64,000 bases of DNA from an uncultured Candidatus Rokubacteria bacterium (lineage in GTDB: Bacteria > Methylomirabilota > Methylomirabilia > Rokubacteriales > CSP1-6). Positions within the stretch are counted from its first letter, which is position 1. Every line of letters begins with the position of its first letter. A program made the position numbers and the translations under genes. The notes below the pieces were generated by a model, which saw nothing but the letters and a program-made list of their open reading frames with translations, did no database searches and was not told the DNA's origin. The stretch lies in the NCBI GenBank assembly GCA_963747235.1, contig CAVVEU010000008.1, forward strand, positions 32,001 through 96,000, read 5' to 3'. This document shows positions 1-9,830 of this stretch, in pieces.

Positions 1-1
1 G

Positions 2-322
2 CCCTTCCTGATGCGGTCGCTGCTGGTGGGCGTGCACAGCCGCGGGCTCGCGTGGGACTACGTCAAGGCGAACTGGCAGACGATGGCCCGGCAGTATCCG
101 GGCAGCGCCTATCGCCGGTTGTACGAGGGCGTGACCGCGCTCGTCGGCCCGGAGTGGGAGCCGGACGTGAAGGCCTTCTTCGAGACGAACCGGATCGTGC
201 TCGGCGGCAAGACGCTCGAGCAGTACCTCGAGCAGCTCCGGATCGCGGTACGGCTGCAGGAGCGCGAGGCGCCGGCTCTCGCCGCCTACCTCGCCAAGCC
301 GCCTCGCGCCCCGCGTCGCTAG
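2..322 (+). CDS. C-terminal fragment of M1-family aminopeptidase (ERAP1_C-like domain), 5' truncated by window
   Basis: RGLAWDYVKANW...DVKAFF...KTLEQYLEQLRI resembles the PepN/puromycin-sensitive aminopeptidase C-terminus. Confidence 0.65.
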   Translation, partial: PFLMRSLLVGVHSRGLAWDYVKANWQTMARQYPGSAYRRLYEGVTALVGPEWEPDVKAFFETNRIVLGGKTLEQYLEQLRIAVRLQEREAPALAAYLAKPPRAPRR

Positions 323-332
323 CCGTCGGGCG

Positions 333-686
333 TTACCCTCCGAAGAGGTCGACGAAGAAGTCGCGGACGCTCGAGCCGAAGGCGACGGCGCCTTCCTTGG
401 TACGGTCCCACGCGTTGGTGGCGTCCGGCCCGGCGGCCCGTCCCGCCTCCGCCAGCTTCTTGCCGGTGAACTTGGCGCCTTCCACGATGGTGTTGCCGAT
501 GCCCTTGGCGAGCTCTCCCGCGCCCACGAGCACCTGCCCGCGCCCGATCTGCTGCGCGCCGAGCTCGACCTGCTGGGTGGCCGCGTCCACGAGCGCGCTG
601 TCGGCGGCCTGAGCCGGTCCGGGGGCGATCGCGACGAGTGCCGAGAACGTGAGGGTGACGATCAGCGAAGAATGTCTCGGTGCCAT
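333..686 (-). CDS. Small exported hypothetical protein (117 aa)
   Basis: ATG at 686 with GGAGG RBS; signal peptide ending AQA; amphipathic helical mature part. Confidence 0.7.
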   Translation of the reverse strand: MAPRHSSLIVTLTFSALVAIAPGPAQAADSALVDAATQQVELGAQQIGRGQVLVGAGELAKGIGNTIVEGAKFTGKKLAEAGRAAGPDATNAWDRTKEGAVAFGSSVRDFFVDLFGG

Positions 687-794
687 CTCCACCTCCTCTG
701 GTTGGCTTAATTGCCGATTCATGGTAACACCGTGCCGGACCGGATCCGGCATGTTCGCGGCCACTCCATCAACTTTTCGAGCGAGGTGAGGGAC

Positions 795-1646
795 ATGAAA
801 TACGGCGTGTTCCAGTTCTCCACGGACTACGCGATCCGCATCGACGACCTCGCGCGCGAGGCCGAGGCCCGCGGCTTCGAGTCGCTGTTCGTCCCCGAGC
901 ACACCCACATCCCGGCGAGCCGCAAGAGCCCCTGGCCGGGCGGGGCCGACCTGCCGCGCGAGTACTGGCATACGGTTGATCCGTTCGTGGGGCTGGCCGC
1001 CGCGGCGGCGGTGACCACCCGGATCAAGCTCGGGACCGGGATCTGCCTGGTGATCGAGCGCGATCCGATCGTGCTGGCCAAGGAGGTCGCGAGCCTCGAC
1101 TATCTGTCGCGCGGCCGGGTGCTCTTCGGGATCGGCGGCGGGTGGAACGCCGAGGAGATGGCGCATCACGGGACGGACTTCGACAACCGCTGGAAGGTGC
1201 TGCGCGAGCGCATCGCCGCGATGCAGGAGATCTGGACCAAGGACGAGGCGGAGTACCACGGCAAGTTCGTCAACTTCGACAAGCTCTGGTCGTACCCGAA
1301 GCCGGTGCAGAAGCCGCACCCGCCGATCCTGATGGGCGGCGCCGGCCCCCACGCGCGGCAGCGGGCGGTCGACTTCGGGGGCCACTGGCTGCCGATCGGC
1401 GGGCGCTCCTACAGCGAGCCGATGGCCGAGACCATCGCGGATCTCCGCGCGCGGGCCGAGAAGGCGGGCCAGGACCCGGGCGCGGTCACCGTCTCCATCT
1501 TCGGCGCGCCCACCGACGAGGCCCGCCTCGCCGGCCTGCGCGACGCGGGCGTCCTGCGCGCGATCTTCGGCCTCCCCTCCGCCGCCCGCGACCAGGTCCT
1601 CCCCCTCCTCGACAAATACGCAGCCCTCATGACCAAGATCGGCTGA
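795..1646 (+). CDS. LLM-class (putative F420-dependent) oxidoreductase
   Basis: GFESLFVPEHTHIP, LAKEVASLDYLSRGR, GGGWNAEE, PKPVQKPHPPI motifs; RBS before ATG 795. Confidence 0.9.
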   Translation: MKYGVFQFSTDYAIRIDDLAREAEARGFESLFVPEHTHIPASRKSPWPGGADLPREYWHTVDPFVGLAAAAAVTTRIKLGTGICLVIERDPIVLAKEVASLDYLSRGRVLFGIGGGWNAEEMAHHGTDFDNRWKVLRERIAAMQEIWTKDEAEYHGKFVNFDKLWSYPKPVQKPHPPILMGGAGPHARQRAVDFGGHWLPIGGRSYSEPMAETIADLRARAEKAGQDPGAVTVSIFGAPTDEARLAGLRDAGVLRAIFGLPSAARDQVLPLLDKYAALMTKIG

Positions 1647-1731
1647 CGCCATAGGCAGTGGCAGTAGAAGTAGAGCAGTGAAAGTGGAAACGGAGCGAAG
1701 GGCGGTGCGCGCCAGGACTTCGCCAAGTGCC

Positions 1732-1897
1732 GGCGGGGTGCGGGGCCGGGGTGGCGGGGGTGCGGCCGGGTGACCCGTTCCCCGCCAAGGGGAGCGGCGC
1801 CGCCCCATCCCGGATTGGGAACTCCTCACGCAAGAAGCCGACACAGCGGGTCGTGGTCAGAGGCCGCGCCCCCGCCACCCCGGCCCCGCACCCCGCC
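1732..1897. repeat. 36-bp inverted-repeat element (MITE/REPIN-like) between convergent genes
   Basis: 1732-1767 is the reverse complement of 1862-1897 with one mismatch; internal hairpins. Confidence 0.8.
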
Positions 1898-1915
1898 CGA
1901 CGGTCGAGCCAAGAG

Positions 1916-3166
1916 CTACGCGCGGATAGCAGCCCCCGCCCGCGTAGTCAGCGTGAAGACGGTCAGCGCCGCCAGCCCGATCAGCGCGAAGCCCAGCGCC
2001 CAGAGGTAGATCGCCAGATACCCCCCGGTGCGATCGAAGATCACGCCGGAGAGCCAGGGGCCGAGCGCCGCGCCCAGATTGTTGCCGATGCCGAGCAGCC
2101 CGAAGATGAAGCCGTAGTGCGCCGGCGGCGCGATGCGGCTCAGCAGCACGGTGACGATGCTCGCCCGCGAGCCGAGCGGCAGGAAGAGGAAGAGCACGTA
2201 GCCGGCGGCGAGGATCCAGAGCGGCCGCGCTTCCATCGCGATCAGGCAGAGCATGCCCAGCAGCGAGCAGGAGAACGAGAGGAAGCCCGCGGTGGGTCCG
2301 CCGAAGCGATCGGCCACCAGGCCCGCCAGCGCCCGGCCGCCGCCCGCCAGCACGCCGCCGATGGCGAGGAGCAGGGACGCCTCGCCCGCCGTGAAGCCGC
2401 GATCGGTGAAGTAGAGCGTGTGCTGGGTGGTGGCGAGATACCCGAAGAGCGGCGGCGTGGTGAACATCACCAGGAGGCTCCAGAATCCGGCCGAGCGAAC
2501 GATGCTCGAGGCGGTCACCGCGGTCTCGCCCGGTCGCGCGGTCCCGCGGGCCGCGACGGATGACAGGCGCGTCGGGTGCGCGCGCCACACCCACGGGATC
2601 AGCGCCACGATCGCCGCCGCGTAGCACCAGAAGGCGGGCCGCCAGCCCCAGTGGGTGATGATCCACTGGGCCGGCGCGGCCAGGGCGTAGGCCGCCATGG
2701 AGCCGCCGAAGGCGATCCCGGTGGCCAGGCCGCGGCGCCGCACGTAGGCGTCGGCGATGAGCGCGGCGTGGGTCGTCATGCCCGTCAAGCCGACGCCGAT
2801 GCCGCCGCCCAGCCCCATGGCCGCCAGGAAGAGGGGCAGGGTCGGGGCCAGGCTACCCAGCAGCATGCCGAGCGCCGCCAGCCCGAGGCCCAGGCTGACG
2901 AGCCGCCGCGGGTTCCAGCGGGTGACCAGGTAGCCGGCGACCGGGCTGAGCAGGGCGCCGCCGACCCAGAGCAGGGAGGCGGTGGACGCGGTGGCCGCCC
3001 GGGAGCCGCCGAATTCGGCCAGCAGAGCGGGCAGGAACACCGGGAAGGTATTGGTGATTCCGGCCACGAGCAGCATCGTGGCGAAGGCGAGCCAGAGCCG
3101 CTGGCTGGCGAGGGATTCGGACTGCGGGGAGGGGGCCGGGCCCGTGGGGCCCGGAGCGAGGCTCAG
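1916..3166 (-). CDS. MFS transporter (start uncertain: CTG 3166 or ATG 3076)
   Basis: About 12 hydrophobic segments; GLVADRFGG MFS motif; RRRGLATGIA. Confidence 0.85.
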   Translation of the reverse strand: MSLAPGPTGPAPSPQSESLASQRLWLAFATMLLVAGITNTFPVFLPALLAEFGGSRAATASTASLLWVGGALLSPVAGYLVTRWNPRRLVSLGLGLAALGMLLGSLAPTLPLFLAAMGLGGGIGVGLTGMTTHAALIADAYVRRRGLATGIAFGGSMAAYALAAPAQWIITHWGWRPAFWCYAAAIVALIPWVWRAHPTRLSSVAARGTARPGETAVTASSIVRSAGFWSLLVMFTTPPLFGYLATTQHTLYFTDRGFTAGEASLLLAIGGVLAGGGRALAGLVADRFGGPTAGFLSFSCSLLGMLCLIAMEARPLWILAAGYVLFLFLPLGSRASIVTVLLSRIAPPAHYGFIFGLLGIGNNLGAALGPWLSGVIFDRTGGYLAIYLWALGFALIGLAALTVFTLTTRAGAAIRA

Positions 3167-3360
3167 TCGTCCGCCTCGGCGCGCTTCATGGCCTTCCGGC
3201 GCTTCTTCCGCGCCTCGGCCTGCTTGCGCTTCCGCTTGACCGACGGCTTCTCGTAGTACGCGCGCTTCTTCATCTCCTTGAAGAGCCCATCCTTGAGCAT
3301 GAGCTTCTTCATGGTCTTGAGCGCGGACTCGACCTGATTGTCGTGTACCTCGATACGCAT
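3163..3360 (-). CDS. rpsU: 30S ribosomal protein bS21
   Basis: ESALK...KEMKKRAYYEKPSVKRKRK signature, 65 aa. Confidence 0.95.
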   Translation of the reverse strand: MRIEVHDNQVESALKTMKKLMLKDGLFKEMKKRAYYEKPSVKRKRKQAEARKKRRKAMKRAEADD

Positions 3361-3367
3361 GACAGGC

Positions 3368-3396
3368 AAAGTACCCGGAGGGCGCGCCGCTGTCAA
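3368..3396 (-). promoter_or_regulatory. sigma70 promoter of rpsU (TTGACA-N17-TACTTT), leaderless geometry
   Basis: Perfect -35, 17-bp spacer, 7 nt between the -10 and the ATG at 3360; no SD. Confidence 0.75.
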
Positions 3397-3452
3397 TGCC
3401 CACGTGGGTGCCCACCCCCGGCTCACTCCTGGAAATGCTACGATTGCCCCCC

Positions 3453-4481
3453 ATGATCGCCCCACCCGCCCGCCTGGAGCTCGCCCTGGCGCCCACGCCG
3501 ATCCTCAAGCTCGATCGCCTCTCGCGCCGGCTGGGCGTCGAGCTCCACGTCAAGCGGGACGACCTGACCGGCCTGCTGGAGTCGGGCAACAAGGTTCGCA
3601 AGCTGGAGTTCCTGGTGGGCGAGGCCCTCCAGCAGGGCGCCGATACCTTGATCACGTGCGGGCCGCCGGACTCCAACGGCTGCCGCGCGGTCGCCGCGGT
3701 GGCGGCGCGCCTCGGGCTCCGCGCGGTGCTCGCGATCCGGGGCGAGCGGCCGGCCACGGCCGACGGCAACCTGCTGCTGGGCCGGCTTCTCGGCGCGGAC
3801 ACCCGCTACTATCCTGACCTTGGGCCTGACCTTGGGCCTGACCTTGGGCCCGGCCTCGCGCCCGGGGGCGCGGACACGATCATGGCGGCGCTCGCCGCCG
3901 AGGTCCGCGAAGGCGGCGGCCGGCCCTACGTCATTCCGGAGAGCGGGGCGGGGGAGCTGGGCGCGCTCGGGTACATCGAGTGCGCGGTCGAGCTGTCGGA
4001 GCAGATCCACCACGGGGCGCCCCGCTTCGACACGATCGTCATCACCGCCGGGAGCGGCGGCAGTCACGCGGGCCTGCTCATGGGCAAGCAGCTCGCGGGG
4101 CTTCCCGGCGAGATCGTGAGCGTGCCGGTCACGGGCCCGGCCGAGCGGGTGCGCGAGGCCATCGTCCGGACGGTCGGCGCCGCCATCCAGCGCTTCGGGT
4201 TCGCCATCGAGGTGCCCAAGGCCATCCACCTGCTGGACGGCTACCAGGGCGCCGGGCCCGCGGAGGCGACCGACGAGGAGCTCGGCGTCATCGTGCAGCT
4301 CGCGCGGGAGGAAGGGCTGCTGCTGGATCCGGTCTATACCGCGCGGGGCTTCCGAGGGCTGGTGGAGACGCTCGCGCGCGATCCGAAGGCGCTGGGGCAG
4401 CGCGTCTGCTTCATCCACACGGGGGGCTTGTTCAGCGTCTTCGCGTACAAGGACCGCTTGAGCCGGCTACTCCAGCCCTAG
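3453..4481 (+). CDS. D-cysteine desulfhydrase / ACC deaminase family PLP enzyme
   Basis: KRDD, GNKVRKLEFL (PLP Lys), GSGGS, LLDPVYT, FIHTGG. Confidence 0.88.
   Translation: MIAPPARLELALAPTPILKLDRLSRRLGVELHVKRDDLTGLLESGNKVRKLEFLVGEALQQGADTLITCGPPDSNGCRAVAAVAARLGLRAVLAIRGERPATADGNLLLGRLLGADTRYYPDLGPDLGPDLGPGLAPGGADTIMAALAAEVREGGGRPYVIPESGAGELGALGYIECAVELSEQIHHGAPRFDTIVITAGSGGSHAGLLMGKQLAGLPGEIVSVPVTGPAERVREAIVRTVGAAIQRFGFAIEVPKAIHLLDGYQGAGPAEATDEELGVIVQLAREEGLLLDPVYTARGFRGLVETLARDPKALGQRVCFIHTGGLFSVFAYKDRLSRLLQP
3813..3848 (+). repeat. 12-bp tandem repeat CCTGACCTTGGG x3 (in-frame PDLG x3)
   Basis: Exact triplication read directly from the sequence. Confidence 0.95.
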
Positions 4482-5246
4482 TTAGATGGTGTAGGTCTTG
4501 CCCTGCTCCAGGATGTGGATGCGGCTCGGATCGATCTTGGCCAGCTCCTCCGCCGTCTCCTGGTAGAGCTGCGGCTTGATGTGGTAGATCCAGATCGGGA
4601 GATCGGGCGGCATCTTGTCGATCTCCTGGCGCAGCATCTCCGGGGTCAGATGCCCGGAGGCCTTCGCGAGCATCGACAGCCGGTTGGGGAAGGCGGTCTC
4701 CACGATCAGCGCCTTGAGCCCGCGCATCTCGCGGGCGATCTGCCAGATCCGCTTCGTCGGGCCGGTATCGCCGCTGAACACGAAGCCGGTCTCGCCGTCG
4801 TGGATGACGAAGCCGGTGGTGGGGACGGTGTGCTCGACGAGCACCGGCGTCACCCAGAGCTCGCCGACTCGCGATTCCCCCTCCTCGGGCAGCTCGCGGA
4901 AGCCCAGCACGGACTGCGCGGCCGACGGGATGTTCGTGAAGTTCGGCCAGAGCGTGTCGTTGAAGGCATGGGTGCGGAGCGATTCCACCACGGGCGCGAT
5001 GCTGCAGGCGGTGACCCGGCGGTCGGGCGCCACCATCGCGAGCGTGTCCGTGAGGAACGCGAGCCCGGCGGTGTGGTCCAGGTGCGCGTGGCTGATCAGC
5101 GCGTGCTGGATCTGGATCTGCTCGGGCACCGAGAGGGCGCCCCCGACGGTCCCCGCGTCCACCAGCACGCGGTCGTCGACGAGAAAGGCGGTCGGCCTCT
5201 GCCCCGGTCCTTCGCTGCCGTAGGTCCCGAGGACCTTAATCTTCAA
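4482..5246 (-). CDS. MBL-fold 3',5'-cyclic nucleotide phosphodiesterase (class II-like)
   Basis: LVDAG, SHAHLDH, FNDTLWPNF, FSGDTGP, GHLTP, YHIKP. Confidence 0.85.
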   Translation of the reverse strand: MKIKVLGTYGSEGPGQRPTAFLVDDRVLVDAGTVGGALSVPEQIQIQHALISHAHLDHTAGLAFLTDTLAMVAPDRRVTACSIAPVVESLRTHAFNDTLWPNFTNIPSAAQSVLGFRELPEEGESRVGELWVTPVLVEHTVPTTGFVIHDGETGFVFSGDTGPTKRIWQIAREMRGLKALIVETAFPNRLSMLAKASGHLTPEMLRQEIDKMPPDLPIWIYHIKPQLYQETAEELAKIDPSRIHILEQGKTYTI

Positions 5247-5395
5247 TGAAGCCCTTCATGAGGCCGTGAGTCCCCCCGTTTCAGGCGGTTGGCACTTCCG
5301 CGCATACTAGTCTAGCAGCGAGAGGGGGTCAATCCGAGGGAATTGGGCGGGTTTCGAGGGCCGCAACTGAGCGTGTCCAAAGGGCATCAGCGCCC

Positions 5396-5992
5396 TCACT
5401 CGCAAGCGGAGGAGGTCTTGAACCGGGCCGCGAACTCCTCGAGCTCCCGGCAGGGGTCCCCGGCGACGCGGGACGGGTTTGGCTCCTCTCGCCGGACCGC
5501 CAGGACCACGCTCTTGAGGTAGGCGTACTGGAGGCGGACGGCGTCTCCGTAGTCGAGATCCCAGCCGGTCATCAGGAGCTCCACGCTCGCGACGTGCGCC
5601 TCGACCTCGCACTCGTGGCGACGGCTCTGGCACCGGCCGTCGCCATGGCCCAGGACGAAGTGGGCGAGCTCGTGGCTGAGCACGGCCTGGGCGATCAAGT
5701 CGTCGGCGACCACCGCCCGATTGATCAAGATGCGGCCCGGGCGGCCGATATCGCTGAAGCCGGTGCGCGGGGTGAAGAAGGCGGCCGGGCGGGCCATCGC
5801 CGAGAGCGCCGCATCTTCACCGATCCGCACCGCCGGCGGCGCGCCCTTTATCCCGCGCGACTCCAGGATCTGCCGGGCGGCCCGCTCGTACTCGTCGATC
5901 CGGGCCTGCTCGGGATCGCTGAAGGTCCGCAGCGGAGCCGCGCAGGCCGTCAGGCCCAGCGCGACCACCAGCGCCACATGTCGAAGAGCCAT
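5396..5992 (-). CDS. Lipoprotein with HExxH zinc-metallopeptidase motif (M48-like)
   Basis: Lipobox LTAC; AVLSHELAH followed by ExEA. Confidence 0.65.
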   Translation of the reverse strand: MALRHVALVVALGLTACAAPLRTFSDPEQARIDEYERAARQILESRGIKGAPPAVRIGEDAALSAMARPAAFFTPRTGFSDIGRPGRILINRAVVADDLIAQAVLSHELAHFVLGHGDGRCQSRRHECEVEAHVASVELLMTGWDLDYGDAVRLQYAYLKSVVLAVRREEPNPSRVAGDPCRELEEFAARFKTSSACE

Positions 5993-6082
5993 CACCTATC
6001 GAGCATGCCACGCTCGGTAATTTTTCCGCTGCGCGCTCTGGCGGCGTGGCGCTTCCTCCGTCCCGTGTGGCATACTTTGCGC

Positions 6083-7457
6083 GTGATCTTTCAGCAGATC
6101 CTGAACGAGGAGTCGGGCTGCCTGTCCTACCTGATCGGCTGCTCCCAGGCCGGGCAGGCGGCCATCGTGGACCCGGCCCGCGATCGCGTGGACGACTACG
6201 TGGCGATGGCCCGGCGCAAGGGCCTCACGGTCACCAGCATCCTCGAGACCCACGTGCACGCCGACCACGTGTCGGGCAACCAGGCCCTGGCCGCCAAGAC
6301 CGGGGCGCGGATCCACATCCACGCCGCCGCCAATGCCGCCTTCGCGCACGACCCGGTGGAGCACGGCCGGGAGATCCGGATCGGCAACGTGGCGCTCCAG
6401 GTCCTGCACGTGCCCGGTCACACGCCCGACAGCATCGCGCTGCTGGTGACCGATCTGACCCGCGGCACCGAGCCCTGGTTCGTGCTGACCGGCGACACCC
6501 TCTTCGTGGGCGACGTGGGCCGGCCCGACTTCGGCGGCGAGCAGGCCGCGGCCAGCCTGTACGCGAGCCTCACCGAGCGCCTCCTGCGGCTGCCCGACAG
6601 CGTCGAGGTGTACCCGGCGCACGGCGCCGGATCGAGCTGCGGGCGGGCCATGTCGAGCAAGACCGCGACCACCATCGGCTTCGAGCGGCGCTTCAATGCC
6701 GCGCTGCAGGTGCCCGACGCGGAGGAGTTCGTCCGGCGCCTCATGACGGGGCTGCCGCCCAAGCCGCCCAACTTCGACCGCATCATCGCGCGCAACCGCG
6801 CCCAGGCGCTGCCCGCAGAACGGCGCGCCGCGGCCGCTCTCCGCGACGCAGGTCCGGGAGCTGCTCGACAAGGGCGCCTGCGTGCTCGACGTGCGGAGCC
6901 CCGAGGAGTACGGAGAGGCCCACGTGCCCGGGGCGCTCAACGTCTGGATCGAGAGCCCGCAGTTCGCCAACCGGGCCGGGCTCTTCGCGCCCCCGGAGGC
7001 GCCGATGGTGCTGGTGGTGGCGAGTCCCACCGATCTCACGCGGGCGGTGGACGGCCTCGGCCGCATCGGGCTCGACACGATCGCCGGCCATCTGCAGTGG
7101 GGGATGACCGAGTGGAAGAGCCAGGGGCTGCCGGTCGGCCGGGTCCCGCAGATCAGCGTGCACGACCTGGCCACCATGAAGGACGAGCGGCCCGACCTCG
7201 TGGTGCTGGACGTGCGCGAGCCGTTCGAGTGGGACGAGGGCCACATCGACGGCGCGGTGCACCTGCCCATGGGCGAGGCGCTGGCGCGCCAGGATCTGGT
7301 CCCGGCGGGGCGGCCGAAGGCGGTCCTCTGCGCGGGCGGGCTGCGCTCGAGCCTCGTGATCAGCGCGCTGAGCCGCGCGGGCTTCACCGACTTCTACAAC
7401 GTCATCGGCGGCATGACCGCCTGGCAGAAGGGCGGCTACAGCACGGTGAAGCGTTGA
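6083..7457 (+). CDS. MBL-fold (persulfide dioxygenase-like) protein fused to two rhodanese domains; frameshift near 6813
   Basis: ETHVHADH, PGHTP, TGDTLFVGDVGRPD, YPAHGAGS; rhodanese LDVR...GH and CAGGLRS continue in the alternate frame. Confidence 0.88.
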
Positions 7458-8119
7458 CCGACGAGCGCTTCGACTACCCGGTGATGGCGCGCGCGCTCAT
7501 CCTGGGGGACAAGGACACGGTGGCCAGGAAGACGCAGGAAGGCCTGGCCCTCTCGATGGATCCGAAGGACCTGATCTTCCGCGGGCTGATTCCCGGCATG
7601 GACGTGGTCGGCGAGAAGTTCCGGCGCAACGAGTACTACGTCCCCCAGGTGCTGCTCTCCGCGCGGGCGATGTACGCGGGGCTCGACCTGCTCAAGCCCC
7701 TGATCACCAGCGCGGGCGGCGCGAACCAGAACCTGGGCGTGATCGTGATCGGCACCGCGCAGGGCGACCTGCACGACATCGGCAAGAACCTGGTGGCGAT
7801 GATGCTCGAGGGCGCCGGCTTCAAGGTGATCAACCTGGGCCGGGACGTGGCCCCCGAGAAGTTCGTGGCCGCGGTGCAGGAGCACTCGGCGCACATCGTC
7901 GGCATCTCCGCGCTGATGACCACCACGATGCCCGCGATGAAGCGCACCATCGACGCGCTCGAGAAGGCGGGGCTGCGCGATCGGGTGAAGGTCATGATCG
8001 GAGGGGCGCCCGTGAACCAGGCCTACGCCGACGAGATCGGCGCCGACGGCTACGCCAAGGATTCGACGATCGCGGTGGTGCGCGCCAAGGAGCTGCTCGG
8101 CGTGCCGGTGAACGCGTGA
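7454..8119 (+). CDS. Corrinoid protein (cap + B12-binding domain)
   Basis: GMDVVGEKF...PQVLLSARAM cap; GDLHDIGKNLV (DxHxxG); SALMTTT; IGGAPV; TTG start overlaps upstream stop. Confidence 0.92.
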   Translation: MTDERFDYPVMARALILGDKDTVARKTQEGLALSMDPKDLIFRGLIPGMDVVGEKFRRNEYYVPQVLLSARAMYAGLDLLKPLITSAGGANQNLGVIVIGTAQGDLHDIGKNLVAMMLEGAGFKVINLGRDVAPEKFVAAVQEHSAHIVGISALMTTTMPAMKRTIDALEKAGLRDRVKVMIGGAPVNQAYADEIGADGYAKDSTIAVVRAKELLGVPVNA

Positions 8120-9063
8120 TGGCGGCCCGCGCGCGCGGCTGGGAGATCGTGGAGCGCCTCCGCGCCGGCGAGCGCCTGGTCTTCGACGGCGGCTACGGCA
8201 CCGCGCTCTTCGACGCGGGCCTCGGCAACGGCGACTGCCCGGAGCTCTGGAACGACACGCACCCGGACGTGGTGCGCTCGATCCACCAGGGCTACTTCGA
8301 CGCGGGCTCGCACCTCGTCGAGACCAACACCTTCGGCGGGACCGCGCTGAAGCTGCACGAGTACGACGAGCGCATGGGGCACGACATGGGCGCGCGCACC
8401 GGCGAGCTGAACGAGAAGGGCGTGCGGCTGGCCCGCGCGGCCTGCCCGCCCGGCGGCTTCGTGGCGGGCTCCATCGGGCCCACCAGCTACCTGCCGCTCG
8501 ACTACGGGGTCGGCAAGAACGTGGCCACCGACGAGGAGTACTTCGCGACGTTCCGGGAACAAGCCCAGGCCCTTGCCGCGGGTGGGGTGGACTGCTTCGC
8601 GGTGGAGACCATGATGTTCCCGCAGGAGGCGGAGGCCGCGATCCGGGCCTGCAAGGCCGTCGCGGACCTGCCGGTCATGGCCACCATGTTCTTCCAGTAC
8701 GAGGAGCTGCACGACCGCGACCGGACGATGTGGGGCGAGAGCCCGGCCGACGTGGCCAAGCAGCTCCTGGCCGCGGGCGCGGACATCGTGGGCATGAACT
8801 GCGGGCGCGGGCCGGATCGGGCCATCGTGATCATCCGCGAGATGCGGCAGGTCACCGACGCGCCGCTCATCGCGTATCCGAACGCGGGGCTGCCGATCAC
8901 CACCGGCGGGCGGACCACCTACGAGCTCGGCCCCGAGGAGATGGTCAAGGACTACCCGGCGCTCCTCGACGCCGGCTGCAACATCGTCGGGGGCTGCTGC
9001 GGATCGAACCCCGAGCACATCCGCCTCATCGCCGACGTGGTGCGCTCGCGTCGCGCGCGGTGA
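8119..9063 (+). CDS. Stand-alone homocysteine S-methyltransferase domain
   Basis: FDGGYGT, ETNTFG, VAGSIGPT, GMNC, PNAGLP, GGCCG Zn ligands. Confidence 0.92.
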   Translation: MAARARGWEIVERLRAGERLVFDGGYGTALFDAGLGNGDCPELWNDTHPDVVRSIHQGYFDAGSHLVETNTFGGTALKLHEYDERMGHDMGARTGELNEKGVRLARAACPPGGFVAGSIGPTSYLPLDYGVGKNVATDEEYFATFREQAQALAAGGVDCFAVETMMFPQEAEAAIRACKAVADLPVMATMFFQYEELHDRDRTMWGESPADVAKQLLAAGADIVGMNCGRGPDRAIVIIREMRQVTDAPLIAYPNAGLPITTGGRTTYELGPEEMVKDYPALLDAGCNIVGGCCGSNPEHIRLIADVVRSRRAR

Positions 9064-9814
9064 CCGCGGCGCTCTCCGTCCTCTCTCCCGACGCCGGTCG
9101 TCCTGGAGGGCCTGCCGCTCGCGATCGACCGCGACGAGGTCCTGCGCTTCCAGGGCTACAAGAAGGACGTGGACGTCCCCAGCGCCCAGGTGCTGGCGAT
9201 CTTCGAGGAAGCCCTCGCGCTGGGACGGACGCCTCCTGGCGCCCCGGGTGGTCTACCGCGCGGTCGCGGTGACCGGCGGCGCGGCGGATCGTCTCGACGC
9301 GGGCGGCGAGCGCCTCCACATCCCGCAGATCGCGCGGCTCTGGGGCTCGATCGAAGCGGTCGGCGCGGGCATCTGCACGGTGGGGGATGCCATCGAGACG
9401 CGCGTCCGCGAGCTCTTCGACGCGCGCGAGTTCCCCCTGGCGGTGATGCTCGACAGCGTCGGGTCGGCCGCGGCGGAGAGCCTGGCCGAGTACGCCAACG
9501 ATCTGCTCTGCCAGGCCGGGCTCCAGGCGGGGACGAAGGTCACGAACCGGATCAGTCCCGGCTACGCCGGATGGGACACCGCGGAGCAGGCGGCGCTCTT
9601 CCGCCTGTGCCCGGGCGACCGCATCGACGTGCGCCTGAACGAGGCGTGCTTCATGACGCCGGGCAAGAGCATCAGCTGGCTGGTGGGGATCGGCCCCGAG
9701 GCGCGGGTGGACCACTACTTCACCCAGTGCCGCCGCTGCTGGATGCGCGACTGCGCCTATCGCCGGGCCCCCGCCGCCACCACGGTGCGGGAGCCGGGCG
9801 ACGGGGTGTGGTGA
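9060..9814 (+). CDS. Methionine synthase reactivation (AdoMet-binding) domain protein; frameshifts near 9100 and 9235
   Basis: EVLRFQGY, ICTVG, LDSVGSAAAE, RISPGY.GW, MTPGKSIS, C-terminal CRRCWMRDC. Confidence 0.8.
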
Positions 9815-9830
9815 TAGGCTGGGTGGACAC

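Noticed and set aside
3453-4481. ACC deaminase (acdS) call
   Set aside because: Has DPVYT rather than the DPVYE characteristic of true ACC deaminases
5290-5305. TGGCAC sigma54-like motif
   Set aside because: GG-to-GC spacing is 9 rather than 10, and it faces the 3' end of a minus-strand gene
5594-8119. 841-aa MBL hydrolase-B12-binding fusion
   Set aside because: Chimera from a frameshift near 6813; the rhodanese domains end at 7457 and the corrinoid protein starts separately
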